Positions 58,231 to 64,000 of a stretch of DNA of 64,000 nt are shown piece by piece (positions within the stretch are counted from its first letter, which is position 1; each line of letters starts with the position of its first letter). This DNA is from Dehalococcoidia bacterium (lineage in GTDB: Bacteria; Chloroflexota; Dehalococcoidia; UBA2979), in assembly GCA_965262725.1 (NCBI GenBank), contig OZ253555.1, forward strand, positions 2,688,001 through 2,752,000, in the 5' to 3' direction. A model generated the notes under the pieces. That model was not told the origin of the DNA and ran no database searches. It worked only from the letters and a program-made list of their open reading frames with translations. The translations under genes and the position numbers were made by a program.

Positions 58231-59547
58231 GTGGCGCGAGAGGACGATGCCGGCCCCTTCGAGCCCGCCGCGCGCGCCGGGATCTTCGCCTCGCTACGAC
58301 TGCGGGATTTCCGCCTGCTGTGGCTGGGGCAGGTCAGCCACACCGGCGCGCTTTGGGCGGAGCAGATCGCGGGTCCCGTGCTCGTCTACGAGCTGACGGG
58401 GTCGGCGGCGCATCTCGGTGCCGTCGTCGCGATGCGCACGCTGCCGCAGCTCGCCCTCGGCGTGGTGGCCGGCGTGATCGCCGATCGCTACGACCGCCGG
58501 CGGGTCCTGATCGTGACCAAGCTCGGCGCCTTCGGCATCGGCGTGGCGTTCGCGGCGCTGCTCGTGGCCGGGCGGCTCGAGCTCTGGCACATCTACGTCG
58601 CCTCCTTCGCCCGCGGCGCGTTCATGGCGTTCGACCAGCCAGCACGCAACTCGCTGATCCCGAGCGTCGTCCCGGCGGCATGGTTGATGAACGCGGTGGC
58701 ACTGATGGCGACCACGCAGAGCTCGATGCGGGTAGTCGGGGCGGCCGCGGCCGGCGTGACGCTGGCCGCGATCGGCACGGAGGGGACCTTCGTCCTGATC
58801 CCCATCATCTACATCGGCTCGGTGACGGCCACGATGTTGATGCGGGCGCCGGAGCAGCCGCGCCCGGCCGGGATCGGCATCGCCGCGCTGCGCGCCGATC
58901 TCGCCGAGGGGCTGCGCTTCGCGCGGGGGCACCGCGCGATCCGCGTGACGCTCCTGCTCTCGCTCCTCTTCTTCACCCTCGGCGTGCCCTACCTGCAGGT
59001 CTTCTCACCCCTCTTCGCCCTGGAAGTGCTCGATATGGGCAACATCGGCGTCGGGATCCTCCTCGCCGTGTCGGGCGTCGGGGCGCTCGTGGGCGCGCTG
59101 ATGGTCGCGTCTCAGCCCACCACGCGGCTTGGCCTGATGCTCCCCCTCCTGCTCATCGCCCTCGGCGCGGCGCTCGTCCTCTTCGCAGCATCGTCGTCGC
59201 TACCCGCGCTGTGGGGACGCCACTGGCTCCTGCTCCCGCTCGTCGCGATCGCCGTCGTCGGGATGCTGCAGACCGCCTACTTCGCGTACGTGCAGACGAT
59301 GCTGCTCGACGCGGCCCCGGATGCGCTGCGGGGGCGCATCTTCTCGCTCATCTCCCTCGATCGGGCTACCTCGACGGCGGGCGCAGCGGGCGCCGGGCTG
59401 CTTGCCGAGGCCGCCGGCACACAGCTGGCTCAGGCGGTCTACGGCGTGCTCCTCATCGTCGGGGGCGCCGCGACGCTCCTGCTCGCGAGGGAGTACCTCG
59501 CCTACCGTATGGGAGGCGGCGGCGGCGAACGACGGCCCGCTCGCTAG
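58231..59547 (+). CDS. MFS transporter (MFS_3/EntS-like)
   Basis: RDFRLLWLGQ, GVIADRYDRR, FDQPAR, LRGRI. Confidence 0.9.
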   Translation: MAREDDAGPFEPAARAGIFASLRLRDFRLLWLGQVSHTGALWAEQIAGPVLVYELTGSAAHLGAVVAMRTLPQLALGVVAGVIADRYDRRRVLIVTKLGAFGIGVAFAALLVAGRLELWHIYVASFARGAFMAFDQPARNSLIPSVVPAAWLMNAVALMATTQSSMRVVGAAAAGVTLAAIGTEGTFVLIPIIYIGSVTATMLMRAPEQPRPAGIGIAALRADLAEGLRFARGHRAIRVTLLLSLLFFTLGVPYLQVFSPLFALEVLDMGNIGVGILLAVSGVGALVGALMVASQPTTRLGLMLPLLLIALGAALVLFAASSSLPALWGRHWLLLPLVAIAVVGMLQTAYFAYVQTMLLDAAPDALRGRIFSLISLDRATSTAGAAGAGLLAEAAGTQLAQAVYGVLLIVGGAATLLLAREYLAYRMGGGGGERRPAR

Positions 59548-60425
59548 AATCGCGCCCCGAGGCGGCGGAGTAGCGCGCGGCAGGCATCCGGCTCGCCCGC
59601 GGCGAACGGCGGCACGCTGACCTGCTGCGGCGAGAGCCGGAGCGGCCGACCGTCGAAGCGCACCAGATCCCCGCCGACCCCGCGCAGGATCGCCGCCCCA
59701 CCGGCGACGTCCCACACCGAGCGCGGCCCCGTCGAGAGGTAGACATCCGCGAGGCCCGCGGAGACGTGTGCGAGCTTCACCGCGGCCGAGCCGCAGGGAT
59801 AGACCGGGAAGGGGATCCGGTAGTGCAGGCGCCGCCACTCGTAGTCGTGGCGGGAGACGACCACCCGCTCGACGGGCAAGTCACCCGAGAGCTGGCCGAG
59901 CGGCTCGCCGTCGAGGCACGCCCCGGACGCTCCGGCCACGGATATGCCCGAGAGCAGTCGGCGATCGCCCGGGATGTAAACCGCACCGAGCACGAGCTGG
60001 TCGTTGGCGAAGAAGCCGACGGAGACGCCGAATTCGGGCAGGCCGCGCAGGAACTCGCGCGTGCCGTCGAGTGGGTCCACCACCCAGGTGGGTTCGCCGC
60101 GAACGAGCGGATCGCCCTGCGCGGACTCCTCGGAGAGCCAGTGCGCCCCGGGGTAGAGCGCCATCAACTCGCGCCGCAGCACCGCGTCGGCGGCGTAGTC
60201 GGCCTCGCTGACCGGGCCCTCCCCGGGCTTGTGATGGACGCGGATGCGGCGGCGGCGAGCGACCGTCAGGATCGCCTCACCGGCGGCACGCACCGCGTCC
60301 TCGAGCCCGGAGCGGAGCTCCTCGATGCCCGGGAGAGAGAGAGGGGTGCGCGCCGGTACTCCCGCCGACGCCGGATCGGGAGGCGGCGCGCCGTCACCGT
60401 CGTCTGGTGGACTGCTCGCGCTCGT
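59544..60425 (-). CDS. Inositol monophosphatase/CysQ family, start probably a non-canonical ACG
   Basis: PVSEAD, LSEE, WVVDPLDGTREF, GSAA, WDVAGG; GGAGG 5 nt before the in-frame ACG at 60425. Confidence 0.8.
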   Translation of the reverse strand, partial: TSASSPPDDGDGAPPPDPASAGVPARTPLSLPGIEELRSGLEDAVRAAGEAILTVARRRRIRVHHKPGEGPVSEADYAADAVLRRELMALYPGAHWLSEESAQGDPLVRGEPTWVVDPLDGTREFLRGLPEFGVSVGFFANDQLVLGAVYIPGDRRLLSGISVAGASGACLDGEPLGQLSGDLPVERVVVSRHDYEWRRLHYRIPFPVYPCGSAAVKLAHVSAGLADVYLSTGPRSVWDVAGGAAILRGVGGDLVRFDGRPLRLSPQQVSVPPFAAGEPDACRALLRRLGARF

Positions 60426-60469
60426 GTTCGCCTCCGTCGACCCCCGCCGGCCGCCGCCGTCAGGGGCCG

Positions 60470-60479
60470 ATGCTACACT
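60470..60479. promoter_or_regulatory. Overlapping divergent -10 elements
   Basis: ATGCTACACT gives TACACT (+, preceded by TG) and TAGCAT (-) between the IMPase gene and glcD. Confidence 0.55.
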
Positions 60480-60488
60480 CGCCCGGCG

Positions 60489-62030
60489 ATGCCCACGAAC
60501 GCGACCGCCACCCGGGACGACGGGGCCACCTTGGCCGGCGGCGAGCCGCCCAACCCGCTGCGCACCGACCCGAAGCTGCGCGCCGCGCTGGCACGCGAGC
60601 TGCGGGCGATCGTGGGCCGCGGGCACGTCATCGACGCCCCCGAGGAGCTCCTCGTCTACGAGTACGATGCGACGATCGATCGGGCGCGGCCCGATCTCGT
60701 CGTGCTACCGGCGACCACCGACGAGGCGGCGGCCGCCCTCGGTGCCTGCGCCCGGGCTCGCGTCCCCGTCGTCCCCCGCGGATCGGGAACGGGGTTCGCC
60801 GGAGGCGCGCTTCCCGTCAATGGCGGCGTCGTCGTGGCGACGGCGCGCATGACCCGGATCCGCGAGCTCGACCCGGAGGAGCGGATAGCCGTCGTCGAGC
60901 CCGGCGTCATTAATCTCGCGCTGCAGCAGGCCGCAGCCGAGCACGGGCTGCGCTACGCCCCCGATCCCTCCTCCCAGCGCATCTGCACCATCGGGGGGAA
61001 CGTCGCCACCAACGCCGGCGGCCCGCACACGCTGGCGCACGGAAGCACCGTGAACCACGTGCTCGGTGTGGAGCTCGTCCTGCCGGACGGCCGCGTGACG
61101 TGGCTCGGCGGGCGTCAGCTCGACGCACCGGGCGTGGATCTCCGCGCGCTCGTCGTGGGCTCGGAGGGGACGCTCGGCCTCGTCACTGCGATCTGCGTGC
61201 GGCTCCTGCCGCAACCCGAGGCTGTGCGTACCATGCTCGCCGTCTTCGACACCGTCGAGGCCGCCTCCGAGGCCGTCTCGGCGATCGTCGAGCGCGGCGT
61301 GATCCCGGTCGCGCTCGAGATGCTCGACGCCGAGACCATCCGCGCCGTCGAGTCGCAGGCACGGCTCGGCTACCCGCTCGACGCGGGAGCCGTGCTGCTC
61401 GCGGAGGTGGAGGGGCTCGCCGAGCAGGTCGAGGAGGACGCCACCACCGTGATCGCCGCGCTCAAGGAGAGCGGGGCGCGGACGGTCCATTCAGCCGACG
61501 AGGAGGCCGAGAGGGAGCGGCTCTGGGAGGGGCGGAAGGCGGGTATCGGGGCGCTCGGCGCCATCTCGCCGAACTTCTACCTGCTCGACGGCGTCGTGCC
61601 GCGTACCAAGCTTCCCGCAGTGATGCGGGAGGTGATGGCGCTGTCGGAGAAGTACGGCTTCCGCTGCGCCAACATCTTCCACGCCGGCGACGGTAACCTG
61701 CACCCGAACATCATGTTCGACGAGCTCGAGCCCGGCTCCTCCTCGCGCGTCCTGGAGCTTGGGGGGGAGATCCTCCGGCTCTGCGTGGAGGCAGGCGGCT
61801 CGATCACCGGCGAGCATGGTATCGGGCTCGAGAAGCGCTCCTACATGGACTGGATCTTCGAGCCCTCCGACCTCGACGCGATGACGCGGGTGCGGGACGC
61901 CTTCGGTGGCTCCGGTCGCTTCAATCCCTGCAAGGTGCTGCCGGTCTCTCACGGCTGCGCGCAGGGGCACGCCGCCGAGGGCGGGCGGGCGGCCGTCCAC
62001 CTCGCGCAAGCGCCCGGCGTCTACCTCTAG
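60489..62030 (+). CDS. glcD: Glycolate oxidase-like FAD subunit
   Basis: PRGSGTG, PDPSS, TIGGN, GSEGTLG, HAGDGNLH, GEHGIG. Confidence 0.92.
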   Translation: MPTNATATRDDGATLAGGEPPNPLRTDPKLRAALARELRAIVGRGHVIDAPEELLVYEYDATIDRARPDLVVLPATTDEAAAALGACARARVPVVPRGSGTGFAGGALPVNGGVVVATARMTRIRELDPEERIAVVEPGVINLALQQAAAEHGLRYAPDPSSQRICTIGGNVATNAGGPHTLAHGSTVNHVLGVELVLPDGRVTWLGGRQLDAPGVDLRALVVGSEGTLGLVTAICVRLLPQPEAVRTMLAVFDTVEAASEAVSAIVERGVIPVALEMLDAETIRAVESQARLGYPLDAGAVLLAEVEGLAEQVEEDATTVIAALKESGARTVHSADEEAERERLWEGRKAGIGALGAISPNFYLLDGVVPRTKLPAVMREVMALSEKYGFRCANIFHAGDGNLHPNIMFDELEPGSSSRVLELGGEILRLCVEAGGSITGEHGIGLEKRSYMDWIFEPSDLDAMTRVRDAFGGSGRFNPCKVLPVSHGCAQGHAAEGGRAAVHLAQAPGVYL

Positions 62031-62067
62031 CGTGCCCGCAAGCGGCGGCGGGGCGACGAGGGAGGCC

Positions 62068-63414
62068 GTGGACACGGCCGCACCCGGCCTCGCGGCGCTC
62101 CGCCGAGCGCTCCCGCAGGGGCGCGAGCGCGACCCCGCCGCCTATCCCATCGAAGGACGTCTACCGGCTATCGCGCTCGCGCCGCGGGTGCGGGAGGAGC
62201 TGGCAGCCGCGCTCGCCGCGGCCGCACCCGGCGGGCTCGGCGTGGTGCCACAGGCGGGCCGGACTGCGCTCGCGACGGGCGGGCCGCTTCGGCGGTACGA
62301 CGTGGCGCTCGATCTCCGGGACCTCGACCGGGTTGTGGAGCACGAGCCGGCCGATCTCACGATCACGGTCGAGGCCGGGATGTCCCTCGGCGCCCTCGGC
62401 GAACTGCTCCGCCCGCACGGCCAGCAGCTTCCCCTCGACCCGCCGGGCGGCGACGCGGTGTCGGTGGGCGGGATGCTCGCGACCGCCCGCCCGGGCAGCT
62501 GGCGCGGCCTGCTGCCGGGGGCGGGGGATCTGCTGCTCGGGGCAACGGTCGCGCTGCCCGACGGGACGCTCGCACGCTCCGGCGGGCGCGTCGTGAAGAA
62601 CGTCGCCGGCTACGATCTCCACCGTCTCCACACGGGAGCGCTCGGCGCCTTCGGGGTGATCGTCGAGGCCGCATTCAAGCTCGTGCCCCTCCCCGAGGCG
62701 ACTGCCACAATCGCCTGCCGCTGCCAGCATCTACCTCAGGCCGAGGCGCTCGCTCGCGCGCTCCGCACGACGCCGCTCGCCATACGAGGACTGGCGCTGG
62801 TCGGCTCACGCGCGTCCGCAGAGGCGGACCTCGCGGAGACACCACACGTGCTCGTCGGGCTCTCGGGCGCCGCCTCTGCTATCCAGCGCTCGCTGCGGGA
62901 AGTACAGCGGTGCTGCCGCCTGGCGCACGTGCCGCACGCCGAGATGCGCGGCGACGACGGGGCGTGGGCGACACTCCGCGACCTCGCCGCTGCCACCGGA
63001 CCGGTGGGCGACGGGGGTGACGGCACGCCCATCGTCGTGAGGAGTTCCCTACCCGTCTCGGCGCTCGCCGGCGTGCTTCAGGAGGCGGAGGATGCCGGCT
63101 TCGCCGCCTGGGCGTACGTCGCTGCGGGGTCGCTGCTCGCCGCCGCCCCCCCGTCCGGGGTCGATGCGGATGCAGCGCGCGTCGCAGCGCTGCGCGCGCG
63201 CTGCGACGCGGCCGGCGGCACACTCGCGATCGAGGCCGGGCCGCCGGCGCTCCGGGCCGCGCTCGACCCGACAGCCGGTGCCCAAGACGAGGTCGCGCTC
63301 GATCTGGCGCGAGAGCTGCGCCGCCGCTTCGACCCTCTTCGAACGGTGAACCCGGGGCGCTGGCCACGCATCGACGCCCCCTTCGCGCCGGCCAGCGAAT
63401 CGGGTGCTCCGTGA
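62068..63414 (+). CDS. glcE: Glycolate oxidase-like FAD-binding subunit
   Basis: [34 protein letters not shown]. Confidence 0.9.
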   Translation: MDTAAPGLAALRRALPQGRERDPAAYPIEGRLPAIALAPRVREELAAALAAAAPGGLGVVPQAGRTALATGGPLRRYDVALDLRDLDRVVEHEPADLTITVEAGMSLGALGELLRPHGQQLPLDPPGGDAVSVGGMLATARPGSWRGLLPGAGDLLLGATVALPDGTLARSGGRVVKNVAGYDLHRLHTGALGAFGVIVEAAFKLVPLPEATATIACRCQHLPQAEALARALRTTPLAIRGLALVGSRASAEADLAETPHVLVGLSGAASAIQRSLREVQRCCRLAHVPHAEMRGDDGAWATLRDLAAATGPVGDGGDGTPIVVRSSLPVSALAGVLQEAEDAGFAAWAYVAAGSLLAAAPPSGVDADAARVAALRARCDAAGGTLAIEAGPPALRAALDPTAGAQDEVALDLARELRRRFDPLRTVNPGRWPRIDAPFAPASESGAP

Positions 63415-64000
63415 CGCCCGAGGCACAGGCCGGGCCCTTGGCCGCCGCCGGGCACCGAGCGCCGACGGACGAGGCGGCCTGGGCCGGGCCGGATGCCCCG
63501 TCCATCGCCGACCTGCGCAACTGCATCCACTGCGGCTTCTGCCTCCCCGCCTGCCCCACCTACCTCGCGACCGGGCAGGAGCTCGAGTCACCCCGCGGTC
63601 GGCTGCACTTGATCCGGGCCGTCGTCGAGGGACGTGCGCAGCCGACAAGCGCGCTGCTGGGACATCTCGATCTCTGCCTGCAGTGCCGTGCGTGCGAGAC
63701 CGCCTGCCCCTCCGGTGTCCCGTACGGGCGGATCATGGAGGATGCCCGCGCCTCGGTCATGGCGTCGCCCCCGGATGACTCGCCGGCCCGTCCGCCGCAC
63801 CGGCCAGCCGCCTGGCGGTTCCGCGTCCTCGTCCTTCGGCACGTGGTGGCGCGGCCCGGCGTGCTGCGGGCCCTGGCGACGATCCTGCGACTCTACGGTC
63901 GGTCGGGGCTGCAGCGCCTCGTCCGCGGGCGGCTCGGCCGCGCGCTGCCCGAGGGACTCCGCTGGCGCGAGGGTCAGCTTCCCGACCGCTGGCCGGCGCC
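63411..64000 (+). CDS. glcF: Glycolate oxidase Fe-S subunit, 3' end cut by window edge
   Basis: Absent from the ORF track; read by hand from GTG 63411: [34 protein letters not shown]. Confidence 0.92.
   Translation, partial: MTPEAQAGPLAAAGHRAPTDEAAWAGPDAPSIADLRNCIHCGFCLPACPTYLATGQELESPRGRLHLIRAVVEGRAQPTSALLGHLDLCLQCRACETACPSGVPYGRIMEDARASVMASPPDDSPARPPHRPAAWRFRVLVLRHVVARPGVLRALATILRLYGRSGLQRLVRGRLGRALPEGLRWREGQLPDRWPA

Overview
A gene-dense, very GC-rich (roughly 70-75% by eye) bacterial window with about 65 CDS. I see no rRNA, tRNA, CRISPR array, transposase, integrase or phage gene. The paralog profile (LLM oxidoreductases, CoA-transferases, crotonases, MaoC hotdog proteins, alpha/beta hydrolases) suggests a Chloroflexota/Dehalococcoidia-like heterotroph; this is inference only. 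Main blocks: (1) 1-6.8 kb, a class I aldolase, an amidohydrolase, three alpha/beta-hydrolase-fold paralogs with degenerate catalytic triads, a VOC protein, a crotonase and a PPOX-type protein; (2) 6.8-10 kb, a Fur-family regulator with a CbiM/PDGLE/Q/O Co/Ni ECF transporter, a clear promoter and a candidate operator; (3) 10-33 kb, a catabolic region with an SBP lacking a signal peptide, LLMs, CoA-transferases, an acyl-CoA dehydrogenase pair, MaoC pair, crotonases and a triple-domain Rid protein lacking the catalytic Arg; (4) 33.7-45.3 kb, the menaquinone operon menFDHBACE continuing into PHP, a hotdog pair, DoxX and SRPBCC genes, with no menI or menG in the window; (5) 46-64 kb, acsA, a citrate synthase, transporters, MmgE/PrpD, LonC, an IMPase and glcDEF. 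Best candidates for undescribed biology: the triple-Rid CoA operon, the men operon extension, and the degenerate hydrolase cluster. All family calls come from motifs recognised by eye, not from database searches.
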